A DNA stretch of 64,000 bases from contig OZ253534.1 of assembly GCA_965262355.1 (NCBI GenBank), positions 3,425,794 through 3,489,793 on the forward strand, in the 5' to 3' direction. Within the stretch, counting starts at the first letter, position 1; every line of letters starts with the position of its first letter. Below are positions 7,277-17,020 of this stretch, piece by piece. Source of the DNA: Candidatus Multivorans sp. GTDB taxonomy: Bacteria; Acidobacteriota; Thermoanaerobaculia; Multivoradales; Multivoraceae. Under the pieces are notes generated by a model. That model saw only the letters and a program-made list of their open reading frames with translations. It did no database searches and was not told the DNA's origin. A program made the position numbers and the translations under genes.

Positions 7277-10123
7277 ATGACCGCACCTGAGGGTCTCAGG
7301 CACCTCGTGGAGCGATTCGAGCGCAATCTGGAGTCCTACGTCTCCGGGAGATACAACGAGACACAGCTACGCCGTGAATTCGTTGATCCCCTGTTCGAGT
7401 TGCTCGGCTGGGACGTCAGCAACTCAAACGGTCAACCGGAGGCCTTCAAGGATGTGGTGCATGAAGATGCCCTGAAGATCGGTGGGAGCACGAAAGCTCC
7501 AGACTACGCGTTCCGTGTGGGAGGCGACAGGAGGTTCTTCGTCGAGACCAAGGCGCCGCACAAAAACCTCAGCCGAGACGCAGACGCGGCGTTCCAGCTC
7601 CGGCGCTATGGCTGGTCCGCTAAACTCGATCTCTGCATTCTGACGGACTTCGAAGAGTTTTCAGTATACGACACGCGGGTCCGGCCCTTGAAGACGGATA
7701 GGGCTTCAACGGCCAGGGCTCTCTACATGCGCTACACGGACTACGTCGGCCGCTGGGAAGAACTCGCTCAGGTGTTCTCGCGTGATGCGCTGGTCTCTGG
7801 TGCCTTCGACAAGTACGCTGGCGCTGCGCGATCAATGCGCGGTACGACTGAAGTTGATGAATCGTTTCTTCAAGACCTCGAAGGCTGGCGCACGGCGTTA
7901 GCGAGGAATCTTGCCCTTCGAAACCCGAAGCTCGGACTGCGTCCTCTGAACACAGCCGTCCAGAGGACCCTCGATCGTATCGTGTTCCTTCGCATCTGCG
8001 AAGATCGAGGTATCGAGTCTTACGGACGGCTGATGGCTTTGCTAAATGGCTCTAACGTGTACCGCCGGCTGGCAGAAATCTTCGTCCACGCCGATGAGCG
8101 GTACAACTCTGGCCTGTTTCATTTCCGCGCCGAGGCAGGGCGGAGCGAGCCGCCCGACAGGCAGACTCTCGGCCTCACCATCGACGATGTGGTTCTCAAG
8201 GGGATCATCTCGCGCCTCTACTACCCCGAGAGTCCCTACGAGTTCTCCGTGTTCTCTGCTGACATTCTTGGTCAGGTGTATGAACAGTTCCTGGGCAAAG
8301 TAATCCGGCTGACCGCGGGCCATAGGGCAAAGGTCGAGGAGAAACCGGAAGTACGAAAGGCCGGCGGCGTCTACTATACCCCCGTCGGCGTGGTCGAGTA
8401 TCTAGTCCGTCACACCGTAGGCACCTTGTTAGAAGAGGCGGCAGCACCGGCGAGGGCCGCGGCCCTTCGGATCCTTGATCCCGCATGTGGCTCCGGCTCG
8501 TTCTTGATAGCGGCCTATGAGTCACTACTCTACTGGCATCTCCAGTGGTACCACGAAGACTGCATCGAGAAACACGCGAAGGGTCGGATGCCGAAAGTGT
8601 ACCAGGGGCGGGGAGGCGCATGGCGGTTGACGACTGAGGAGCGGAAACGAATCCTAACGAACAGCATTTTCGGCGTCGACGTGGACCCGCATGCAGTGGA
8701 GGTGACCAAGCTCTCACTTCTCCTCAAAGTGCTCGAGGGCGAGTCGAGCGATAGACTCGAGAGTCAACTGAGACTGTTCCGCCAAAGGGCGCTACCGGAC
8801 TTGGGAAACAACATCAGGTGCGGGAATGCTCTGGTTGGCACAGACTTCTACGAGGGAAGGCAGGATCTACTCTTCGACGCGGAGGAGAGTTTCCGCATCA
8901 ACGCTTTTGACTGGCATGCGGAGTTCCCCCGAGCAATTGGCGACGGGGGCTTCAGCGCTGTCATCGGGAACCCGCCGTACTTGTCCTTTTCAGGAAGACA
9001 GGCGGTTCGACTGGAGGACGGTCTACGTGAGTACTACGACCGACACTACCCGGGCGCTGGTTGGCAAACCAGTCACGGTCTATTTGTTGCAAAGGCGCAT
9101 TCGTTAAGCCATCGTATGGTTGGCCTAATCGTGCCCGATCAGGTCGGTCATTTGGCCGGCTACGAAGCGGTCCGGGCCAGTGTGACAAGCGCCTCGTCGC
9201 TCGTGTCGGTACGCTATTGGGGAGAGAACGTGTTCCCGGGTGTAGTTACGCCGGCTTTGACCTTCATTAGTGACAGGCGCCACGTTGGTAGCACCCGAAT
9301 TGAGAGGGTTGACGGTTCCGAGGCCATGTGCGGGGTGGCTGCGGGCGGGGCGTGGCTTTCTCCCTCACGCCATTCCGCTCTGGTGGATAAGTTGCGAGCC
9401 CAGGCGGCACCTCTGGAAGCTTCTTTTGCGGATCCCGGTGTGCATACAGGGAATTGTTCGAAGAAGCTGATTCTTGCTTCGGATGGCGCCCCTCCGGATG
9501 CGGTTCCCGTTCTTGAAGGGAAGCAGGTGGGGAGGTATTCCTGCCGCCGCCCGCCGAAGGTCGTCCGCCTCGGCTACGAAGCGTCCAAGGGTGAGTACTT
9601 CAGGATCGGGCCTGTCGAACGGTACCGAAGTGCGTCATTCGTGATCCGCCAGACGGCGGGATACCCGATCGTAGGGCCGCGGCAACACGCTGAGTATTTC
9701 CGGAACACGCTACTCGCCTTGTATCCTCCGGAGGACGGCAGGGACGTTCGGTTCGTCGTTGCTGTGTTGAACTCCCGGTTGATGCGTTACGCCTACAAGG
9801 TGCTGGTGGCGGAATCTGAGCAGAAGGCGTTTCCGCAAGTCAAGGTGCGTGCCCTTCGTGGGTTGCCTATTCGGTCCATAGAGTCGTCTACAACCAAAGA
9901 CGCTCATGATATTCTGTCGAGTTTGGTGGACGAGTTGGTCGGCCTCTACGCCGCTATGGAGTCGGCGGAGACGGCCCACGATCGGCAGGTGCTGAAGCGG
10001 AGGATTCACGGTCTGGACGGCGAAGTAGACCGACAGGTCGAAGAGATGTATGGCCTGTCGGATTCCGAGGTCGGGCAGGTCGAACAGTATCTTGACGGAC
10101 TCGGGGTGCTGGATGTGGCTTGA
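7277..10123 (+). CDS. Type IIG-like restriction-modification fusion: N-terminal PD-(D/E)xK nuclease domain, gamma-class N6-adenine DNA methyltransferase, C-terminal target-recognition region
   Basis: PDYAF…FFVETKAP (PD…E-x-K) in the N-terminal 120 aa. Methyltransferase motifs: GGVYYTPVGVVEYLV (motif X), LDPACGSGSFLIAAY (motif I, FxGxG) and VIGNPPY (motif IV, NPPY). 948 aa, in lower-GC DNA. Confidence 0.8.
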   Translation: MTAPEGLRHLVERFERNLESYVSGRYNETQLRREFVDPLFELLGWDVSNSNGQPEAFKDVVHEDALKIGGSTKAPDYAFRVGGDRRFFVETKAPHKNLSRDADAAFQLRRYGWSAKLDLCILTDFEEFSVYDTRVRPLKTDRASTARALYMRYTDYVGRWEELAQVFSRDALVSGAFDKYAGAARSMRGTTEVDESFLQDLEGWRTALARNLALRNPKLGLRPLNTAVQRTLDRIVFLRICEDRGIESYGRLMALLNGSNVYRRLAEIFVHADERYNSGLFHFRAEAGRSEPPDRQTLGLTIDDVVLKGIISRLYYPESPYEFSVFSADILGQVYEQFLGKVIRLTAGHRAKVEEKPEVRKAGGVYYTPVGVVEYLVRHTVGTLLEEAAAPARAAALRILDPACGSGSFLIAAYESLLYWHLQWYHEDCIEKHAKGRMPKVYQGRGGAWRLTTEERKRILTNSIFGVDVDPHAVEVTKLSLLLKVLEGESSDRLESQLRLFRQRALPDLGNNIRCGNALVGTDFYEGRQDLLFDAEESFRINAFDWHAEFPRAIGDGGFSAVIGNPPYLSFSGRQAVRLEDGLREYYDRHYPGAGWQTSHGLFVAKAHSLSHRMVGLIVPDQVGHLAGYEAVRASVTSASSLVSVRYWGENVFPGVVTPALTFISDRRHVGSTRIERVDGSEAMCGVAAGGAWLSPSRHSALVDKLRAQAAPLEASFADPGVHTGNCSKKLILASDGAPPDAVPVLEGKQVGRYSCRRPPKVVRLGYEASKGEYFRIGPVERYRSASFVIRQTAGYPIVGPRQHAEYFRNTLLALYPPEDGRDVRFVVAVLNSRLMRYAYKVLVAESEQKAFPQVKVRALRGLPIRSIESSTTKDAHDILSSLVDELVGLYAAMESAETAHDRQVLKRRIHGLDGEVDRQVEEMYGLSDSEVGQVEQYLDGLGVLDVA

Positions 10124-10859
10124 GCCCTGCTGGCTCACGAATCAGTCCGGCACGGTCATTCGGTTTCGCACATCGCAGCTTCCTCGCCTGCCTGATGCAG
10201 ATGTTGATCTGAGGATCGAGCTTTTTGATGGACGGGTGGTACCGGGGCGATTCCACCTAAACCGGGCCAATCCATACGTAGCGGGCCCTCGGGTTCGGCA
10301 GTTCATTCAGGCGCGCGTGGAGGAGCGGTCGAAGGAGCAAGCCTTGATCAGTATCGCCGGGCGCTATTGGCGTCTTATGGAGGCTCAGCACGTAGTAGCC
10401 GGTGTAGCCGGCTACGGCGTTAGCAGGACGCGTGCGGCCGAAGGGAAACTGGTGGGCAAGGATCTGGAGGGGATTCTTGAGCGGCTCGATGCAATCAGGG
10501 AGAGCTCGGGAAGAAGAGAAGCTTACGAGCGGTTGACTAGGCCGTCAGGACTCAGAGTGTTGGTGATTGGATTAATGGGCCCGACGTGCCAGGTCGAAGG
10601 TTGCGATGCAGCTGAGGCGAGCGCCGAGAAATGGGGTGATGCCGCTGCTGCACTGGCTGTACTCGACGTTCATCACATCGAGGCGGTTGCCAAGGTGCAG
10701 GACCACAGTCCGAAGAACCTCTGTGTGATCTGTGCGAATCATCATCGGCTGATTCATGGGTTTGGTCCGTGGGCTGTACGGCACGAAGACGATGACGTTC
10801 TGTTGGTTCAGGGAGGGAAGAAGCTCCGTATGGTACGTGATCTTTCTAGCTTGGCGTAG
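10113..10859 (+). CDS. HNH endonuclease-domain protein, translationally coupled to the RM fusion (ATGTGGCTTGA overlap)
   Basis: C-terminal HNH/zinc-finger signature CQVEGC…LDVHHIEAVAKVQDHSPKNLCVICANHHRLIHG. The N-terminal ~150 aa have no recognisable domain. Confidence 0.7.
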   Translation: MWLEPCWLTNQSGTVIRFRTSQLPRLPDADVDLRIELFDGRVVPGRFHLNRANPYVAGPRVRQFIQARVEERSKEQALISIAGRYWRLMEAQHVVAGVAGYGVSRTRAAEGKLVGKDLEGILERLDAIRESSGRREAYERLTRPSGLRVLVIGLMGPTCQVEGCDAAEASAEKWGDAAAALAVLDVHHIEAVAKVQDHSPKNLCVICANHHRLIHGFGPWAVRHEDDDVLLVQGGKKLRMVRDLSSLA

Positions 10860-10967
10860 GGGGCCGAGCCTTGCTACTAGCTGCCGTGGGGCCTGCACTG
10901 GTAGGAACGGGGCGAGCTAAGGGCGGTGCTGTCTACGAGGAGTTGCACGACTCGGAAGAGAGAATCT

Positions 10968-12608
10968 CTACCGCACCAGCACGTACAGCAGCACGAGAGC
11001 CCCGGCCAGCACGGCTCCCAGCAGCCGCGGATCCCGGACCCCCGTGATCTCCGACCGGGCCAGGAACGCAAGAGGTGAATCCCACGTCAGGCCGTCGATC
11101 TGCTCCGCCTTCGGCGGCGGCGTCGCCAGGCTGATGGCCACGTAGACGACGCTCAGGATGCAGAAGGACCACCACGCCTGCAGAAGGAACGGAATGCCCA
11201 GGCCGTGGACGGGATCGGAGACGTACTGGACGCCGCCGAGGAAGGCGAAGCCCATGTCGAACAGGAAGACGATGAAGCCGGCCAGGAAGCCGAAGAGAAG
11301 GGTGAAGGTGCCGGCCTGAGCCGTTCCGCGGCGCCAGAACACGCCCCAGACGAGGACGGTCGCGATGGGGGGCGCGATGAACTGCGCCGGCATCTTGTTG
11401 ATGGCTTCGAAGATGGAGCCGAACGCGCCTCCCTGGGTGGACCAGGCGATGGCGACGGCCATGACGGCCACCGAGCTGATGCGCCCGATTCGCACTTGCG
11501 ATGCTTCGGACAGGTTGGGCCGGAAGTGCTTGGCGATGTCGACGGCGACCAGGGTGCCGGTGCTGTTGACGGCGGCGGCGATGGTGCTCATGAGCGCCGC
11601 GAGCAGCGCCGCGGCCATGATCCCGATGAGCCCCGTCGGCAGCAGCTCGGTGATCAGCGTCGGCAGGGCGTCCTTCGGCTCGGCGATGATGTCCCGGAAG
11701 AGCACATAGGCCAGCACGCCCGGCAGGACCATGAAGAACGGGGGCAGAATCTTGAGCAGGGAGGCGAAGAGCGCGCCGTGCTGCGCGTCCCGCAGGGTCC
11801 CTGCTCCCAGCACGCGTTGGACGATGGTCTGGTCAGTGCACCAGTACCACAGGCCGAGGATGGGAAAGCCCAGCAGGAAGCCGTACCAGACCGACCCGGG
11901 ATCGAATCCCTCTTCGCCCGGAACGTGGATCATGCTCAGTTGATTGGGCTTGGTCGCCTCGACGAGGTCGCCGTATGAGTGGATCCCCACCCCGGGCAGC
12001 CTGCTGATGGCGATGGCGGTGATGATGACGGCGCCGGTCAGCAGAATGACGGTCTGGAGGGTCTCCGTGACCACGACCGCCCGCAAGCCGCCGACGGCCG
12101 TGTAGATCACCGTGATGATCGAGATCGCGGCGATGGACGCCAGCGGCGGGATGCCAAAGAACTGCTCGAATACGGCGGCGCCGGCGTACAGGCTGATGCC
12201 GATGTGGATGAGCATCGCCGACATGATGAACATGAAGGAAAGCGTGGTCCGGGCGGCGGGGCTGTAGCGCCGCTCCATGAACTCGGGCAGTGTCTTGATC
12301 CGGCTGCGGAAGTAGATGGGCACGAAGACGAGGCTGAGCAGGATGATCGTGAAGCACGCCATCCACTCGAAGTTCCCCACGGCCATGCCGATGCCGAATC
12401 CGCTCTCCGCGAGCCCGACCAGGTGGATCGTGGAGATGTTCGAAGCGAAGAGAGCGGCGCCCACCACGGGCCACTTCAGGTTGCGGCCGGCGAGGAAGTA
12501 GGACTCGCTGGTATGCCGCTTGATCCCCCGAACCGACCACAGGCCGACGAACAGGATGCCCAGCAGGTAGACGACGATGATCAGAAGATCGACGGGCGCG
12601 ATGGTCAT
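10968..12608 (-). CDS. Sodium:solute symporter (SSS/SLC5 family)
   Basis: 546 aa, 13-14 predicted TM segments, with SSS-typical motifs (…AGRNLKWPVVGAALFASNISTIHLVGL… / …AAALLAALMSTIAAAVNS…). Confidence 0.9.
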   Translation of the reverse strand: MTIAPVDLLIIVVYLLGILFVGLWSVRGIKRHTSESYFLAGRNLKWPVVGAALFASNISTIHLVGLAESGFGIGMAVGNFEWMACFTIILLSLVFVPIYFRSRIKTLPEFMERRYSPAARTTLSFMFIMSAMLIHIGISLYAGAAVFEQFFGIPPLASIAAISIITVIYTAVGGLRAVVVTETLQTVILLTGAVIITAIAISRLPGVGIHSYGDLVEATKPNQLSMIHVPGEEGFDPGSVWYGFLLGFPILGLWYWCTDQTIVQRVLGAGTLRDAQHGALFASLLKILPPFFMVLPGVLAYVLFRDIIAEPKDALPTLITELLPTGLIGIMAAALLAALMSTIAAAVNSTGTLVAVDIAKHFRPNLSEASQVRIGRISSVAVMAVAIAWSTQGGAFGSIFEAINKMPAQFIAPPIATVLVWGVFWRRGTAQAGTFTLLFGFLAGFIVFLFDMGFAFLGGVQYVSDPVHGLGIPFLLQAWWSFCILSVVYVAISLATPPPKAEQIDGLTWDSPLAFLARSEITGVRDPRLLGAVLAGALVLLYVLVR

Positions 12609-13464
12609 TGGGACGGGCTACAGTACACCTCAGCGTTCGGTCCGGTATGCGGCTCCGTCAACTTGGCATTCTGCCTCCATGCCGTGACCGGTCCATCACC
12701 GAAGATGACTTCGTCGAGGCCCGGGAGCAGCTCATCGCCCGCCGAGAGACCCACCTCGATCAGCTTGCGGACAAGCTGCGGGAGGACCGCGTGCGGCGTG
12801 TCGTCGAGCCCCTGCTGAGCGGGGGCGACGAAAGCGATTCCTCTGCCAGGGACATCGAGTACGTACGCGATCTGGGGCTGATCGCCCGGGATGGTCCCCT
12901 GCGCATCGCCAATCCGATCTATGCCGAGGTAGTGCCGCGCGAGCTCACATGGGCGGCCCAGGAACTACTCGTGCAGGACACGGCCTGGTACGTCGATGCC
13001 GATGGCGGCCTGGACGTCGAGAAACTGCTCGGCGCCTTTCAGGACTTCTTCCGGGAGCATTCGGAGCACTGGCTGGGGCGCTTCGACTACGCGGAGGCCG
13101 GTCCGCAGCTTTTGCTCCAGGCGCTCCTGCAGCGCGTCGTCAACAGCGGGGGCCGCATCGAACGGGAGTACGGTCTCGGCAGGGGCCGGACCGACCTACT
13201 GATCGTTTGGCCGCGCGGCGGCGAGGAAGCGCCGCCCGGCGCCGCCGTGAGCCGTTCCGTGGTCGAATGCAAGATCCTTCACAAGAGCCTGGAAAGGACG
13301 ATCGCGGACGGGTTGAGCAGACGGTCGCCTACATGGACCGCTGCGCCGGCCAAGCCGGCCATCTGGTCGTCTTTGACCGCGGCGAGGGGAAGACCTGGAG
13401 CGAGAAGATCTTCCGCCGCGAAGAACGCCAAGACGGTCGGGCCGTCACGGTGTGGGGGATGTGA
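12608..13464 (+). pseudogene. Remnant of an AAA-ATPase-like / PDDEXK_9-family gene, N-terminally truncated and frameshifted
   Basis: Two overlapping frames carry the C-terminal part of this family (…YGLGRGRTDLLIVWPRGGEE…VVECKILHKSLERTIADGL… then …TVAYMDRCAGQAGHLVVFDRGEGKTWSEKIFRRE…). The reading begins abruptly at the symporter gene boundary. Confidence 0.5.
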
Positions 13465-13638
13465 CTGCCGGCGCGGCTGCGCTTGGCGATGGGAGGATTC
13501 CGCTTTGAGAGGCCGCCGCTGCCGGCATCGATTCCACTATTCCCGAGCGCCGATCGTCACTTGATAGTGTTCAATCGTCCTTGAAGATCATGTGGTCGCA
13601 GTAGTCGCAGAAGTCGGGAGAGTTGAAGGAGAGAGATC

Positions 13639-14262
13639 ATGTCCGACAAGACACAGACCCACAAGAGCCTGATTCAGGAGATGACGGTTGGCGAGTTGCT
13701 GACTAGCCACGTCCAGATCGAAGACGCCCTGCGTGTGAGAGAGGTCCTTCGCAGCGCAAACAAGCCCTCCGGGGACTTCGCAGAGCACCTGTTCTGCACT
13801 GCCTTCAACTGGACTCGGGCGTCCAACTCCCAACGTGGCTACGACGCGCGCGGGGAGGATGGGAGCCGCTACCAGATCAAGGGAAGACGTCTTGACCGGC
13901 ACAGCACACCGTCCCGACAGCTTTCAGCTATCCGCAACCTCGCCGACAAGCCCTTCGACATCCTGGCCGCGGTTCTCTTCAGCCACTACTACGGCGTGCT
14001 AAGGGCAGCTCTCATTTCGTGGAGCGTCGTCAAGAGAAAAGCGCGTTACCAAGCCCACACCAACAGTCACATTCTGGTCCTCCGAGACGACATCTGGGAG
14101 ATCGAGGGAGTCGCCGACGTCACCGGTGAGATCAAGCGATGCCTTGATCCCGGCTACGTCGCGCAGAAGAAGGCCGAGTCCGCGTTCCAACAGCTGGTTG
14201 CAAGACTGGGCGAGGACGAGGCGAGAAGGGCGATGACCGCTCACGCCGAAAGGAACCGTTAG
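13639..14262 (+). CDS. Hypothetical protein (207 aa), lower GC; possible nuclease-like core
   Basis: Clean ORF with protein-like composition. No confident family recognised. Segment GYDARGEDGSRYQIKGRRL is loosely PD-(D/E)xK-like. Confidence 0.45.
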   Translation: MSDKTQTHKSLIQEMTVGELLTSHVQIEDALRVREVLRSANKPSGDFAEHLFCTAFNWTRASNSQRGYDARGEDGSRYQIKGRRLDRHSTPSRQLSAIRNLADKPFDILAAVLFSHYYGVLRAALISWSVVKRKARYQAHTNSHILVLRDDIWEIEGVADVTGEIKRCLDPGYVAQKKAESAFQQLVARLGEDEARRAMTAHAERNR

Positions 14263-14659
14263 ATTGGGCGGGCTTCCGCAAGAGGACTCTCCCTAGCGTG
14301 GAGCATCGACCAGACGGTTTACCAACGGCTCAGAACTCTCGAACGCAGCGCGCTGAGTACCCGCCGCAGAGCGCGCGGCGCCGCATCGACCACGTCCCGC
14401 ACCGTTGCCAGCGGCACCTCGACCACTCCCAGACTGCATCCCTTGGGAAACGCGCCGACCCGCTTCCTAGGTGGATACACGCCACCGCCCGACTGCGGGC
14501 AAGTCCAGCGTCAGGTGATTGCCGCTGAGCCCTTCCTGAACTACGGGCCCGAACTCGACGCCACAAGGGTCCGTCGCCTGTGTCGGAGCGACGGCAAACG
14601 CCAAACCGACCACAACGGCGCCCGCCGCTCGTTCCATGGGCCTCGGACTCTCTAAGTAG

Positions 14660-15505
14660 TCAGGGTAGACAGTGGGGGAAGTGCTTCTCTACAACTTCTC
14701 GGTCGCGGTCGGTAACGGGCCAGTTGAACGCTGCGTTGTCTTCGTGCTCTGCAGACCGCACGTACACGCCAAAGGTCTGTCTACTCGACATGACCATGTC
14801 GGCAGTCGGCTTGGTGGCGTTCCGACCTTGCTCCTTGACGCTCGCTCCGTCGACCCGGACCTCCAGAATCTGATCTTCACGGTCGAGGCCACCGTCCCAA
14901 TAGGCCCAGAAATCGAAATCTGCTTCTGGCCCACTGCCTTCTTGACCAACCATCAATGTCACGGAGCAGTCTCTTCCCAGCGATAGGCGCCCGAACAGAT
15001 CCCCCTGGTCACTACGCAACGCAGGAACGAAGGGCGATGTGATGTCGTCAAAGAACGGCACTTTCTCGCCCCAGTCGTTCTCACCGGATTCAAACGTCCA
15101 CCCTGTGGCTTCTTCAGCCTGACTCACCGGCCACGGGTAACCGTTGGATCCTGCGATCTCCATGGCCTCCGTCTTCAGTTCAGCCGTTGCCGAGAAAGAG
15201 CACGGGCGCGCAGGTGGCGCAGTATCGCGAGTGAAGTAGACCCTCTGCACGATGCGGTAGCCGGCACCTCCGACGTTCCCCGCAACATAGTGTGAGTAGC
15301 CTGCCGCCTGACAGGCACTCGCAGCACGAGCAGCGAGGAGTCGTAGTCGCCCCTTTCTGCCGTGAAGGGCCGTGGCAAACACCTGAATGTCGCACTCGTT
15401 CGGCGCAAAGCACTCCAGCCATTTGGGCGTGGTCTTGGCTTGGCTGTGCCCCTCTACAGGGAGTATGAACGTCAGCGCTAGCGCCGTGAACATGCAGGAC
15501 TTCAT
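14660..15505 (-). CDS. Hypothetical secreted protein
   Basis: Signal peptide MKSCMFTALALTFILPVEG, then a Cys-containing secreted-protein-like sequence. Lower GC than neighbours. Confidence 0.45.
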   Translation of the reverse strand: MKSCMFTALALTFILPVEGHSQAKTTPKWLECFAPNECDIQVFATALHGRKGRLRLLAARAASACQAAGYSHYVAGNVGGAGYRIVQRVYFTRDTAPPARPCSFSATAELKTEAMEIAGSNGYPWPVSQAEEATGWTFESGENDWGEKVPFFDDITSPFVPALRSDQGDLFGRLSLGRDCSVTLMVGQEGSGPEADFDFWAYWDGGLDREDQILEVRVDGASVKEQGRNATKPTADMVMSSRQTFGVYVRSAEHEDNAAFNWPVTDRDREVVEKHFPHCLP

Positions 15506-15580
15506 CTGCAACCTACAGGGCGTTCGGATGAGTCTGGTCATTCGGTGACTTCCTCGTAAGGGACCACTATAGCCGTCTCT

Positions 15581-17008
15581 CTATGCGATGATGCCGTCGA
15601 CGATCAGGCCCTCGACGTCCGTCAATCGGAAATCGCGCCCCTGGGAACGGTACGTGAGCCGCTCGTGATCGAGACCCAGGAGATGCAGGATCGTGGCGTG
15701 GAGATCGTGGATGTGGACCTTGTCCTCGATCGCGTAGTAGCCGTAGTCGTCGGTGCGGCCGTGGCTGTGGCCGGGCTTCACGCCGCCGCCGGCCATGAAC
15801 ATGGTGTAGCCGTGGGGGTTGTGGTCGCGGCCGTTGCGGGCCCCGGCCTCGGCGCCGGGAGTGCGCCCGAACTCGCCGCCCCAGAGAACCAGGGTCTCCT
15901 CCAGCAGTCCGCGTGACTTGAGGTCCTTGATCAGGCCCGCCACCGGCCGGTCGACCTCGGCGCAGCTCTGCGGCAGGCCCGTGATCAGGCCCGAGTGGTG
16001 GTCCCACTTCGTGTCCGGACCGTGGGTGGCCTGCACGAAGCGTACGCCCGACTCCGAGAAGCGCCGCGCGAGGAGACAGCGGAGCCCGAAGTTCCGGGTC
16101 ACCGGGTCGTCGAGTCCGTAGAGCCGCCGCGTCGTCTCGGACTCGCCCTCGATGCTCATCAGCTCGGGCGCCTCGGTCTGCATGCGGAAGGCCAGCTCGA
16201 AGGACTCGATGCGGCCCTCGAGCGCCTGGTCGGGTCCGGTCTCCTCGAGCTGTCGGCGCTGCCAGCGCTGCAGCAGATCGAGCTCGCTGCGCTGCACCGC
16301 GGGCGACACCGACTCGTTGTCGAGGAAGTCGATCGTCGCCTCCTCGGTCTTCATCCGGGCCGCGCCTATCGCCGTGCCGTTGTAGGCGGCGGGCAGGAAG
16401 GCCGACGAGTAGTTCTGCACGCCGCCGTGCTGGTACGAGGGGCAGATGGTCATGAATCCGGGCAGGTTCTCGTTCTCGGTGCCCAGTCCGTAGGCGACCC
16501 ACGAGCCCATCGACGGACGCACGAAGCGGTCGCTGCCGGTGTTCATGGCCAGGATGGCGCCGCCGTGGGCGGCGTTGGTGCCCCACATCGAGCGAATGAA
16601 GCACAGCTCGTCGACCACCGAGGCGATGTTGGGCAGCAGCTCGCTCACCCAGGCGCCGGACTGGCCGTGCTGCTTGAACTCCCAGGGGCTCTTGAACAGG
16701 TTGCCGGTCTCGTTGAACTGCACGCGGGGCTTGGCGAAGGGCAGCGGTTTGTTGTCGTCGCGCACCAGCAGCGGCTTGTACTCGAAGAGGTCGTGCTGGG
16801 ATGGCCCGCCGTGCATGTGCAGGAAGATGATCCGCTTGGCCTTCGGGGCGAAGTGCGGTGCGCGGGGCGCCAGCGGGTTCGTCGACGTTGCGGCCAGGAG
16901 GTCGCGTTGAAGCAGCGAAGAGAGCGCCAGACCGCCGAAGCCGCAGCCGCAGGTCTTGAGCATCTGGCGACGGGTGAGAGGCGGCGGCTGGTGGTGAGGG
17001 AAACGCAT
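15581..17008 (-). CDS. DUF1501-family protein (Tat signal; sulfatase-like fold) paired with a PSCyt/DUF1553 protein
   Basis: MRFPHHQPPPLTRRQMLKTCGCGFGGLALSSLL twin-arginine signal, with DUF1501 conservation throughout. Confidence 0.8.
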   Translation of the reverse strand: MRFPHHQPPPLTRRQMLKTCGCGFGGLALSSLLQRDLLAATSTNPLAPRAPHFAPKAKRIIFLHMHGGPSQHDLFEYKPLLVRDDNKPLPFAKPRVQFNETGNLFKSPWEFKQHGQSGAWVSELLPNIASVVDELCFIRSMWGTNAAHGGAILAMNTGSDRFVRPSMGSWVAYGLGTENENLPGFMTICPSYQHGGVQNYSSAFLPAAYNGTAIGAARMKTEEATIDFLDNESVSPAVQRSELDLLQRWQRRQLEETGPDQALEGRIESFELAFRMQTEAPELMSIEGESETTRRLYGLDDPVTRNFGLRCLLARRFSESGVRFVQATHGPDTKWDHHSGLITGLPQSCAEVDRPVAGLIKDLKSRGLLEETLVLWGGEFGRTPGAEAGARNGRDHNPHGYTMFMAGGGVKPGHSHGRTDDYGYYAIEDKVHIHDLHATILHLLGLDHERLTYRSQGRDFRLTDVEGLIVDGIIA

Positions 17009-17020
17009 CGTCTCTTGGTC

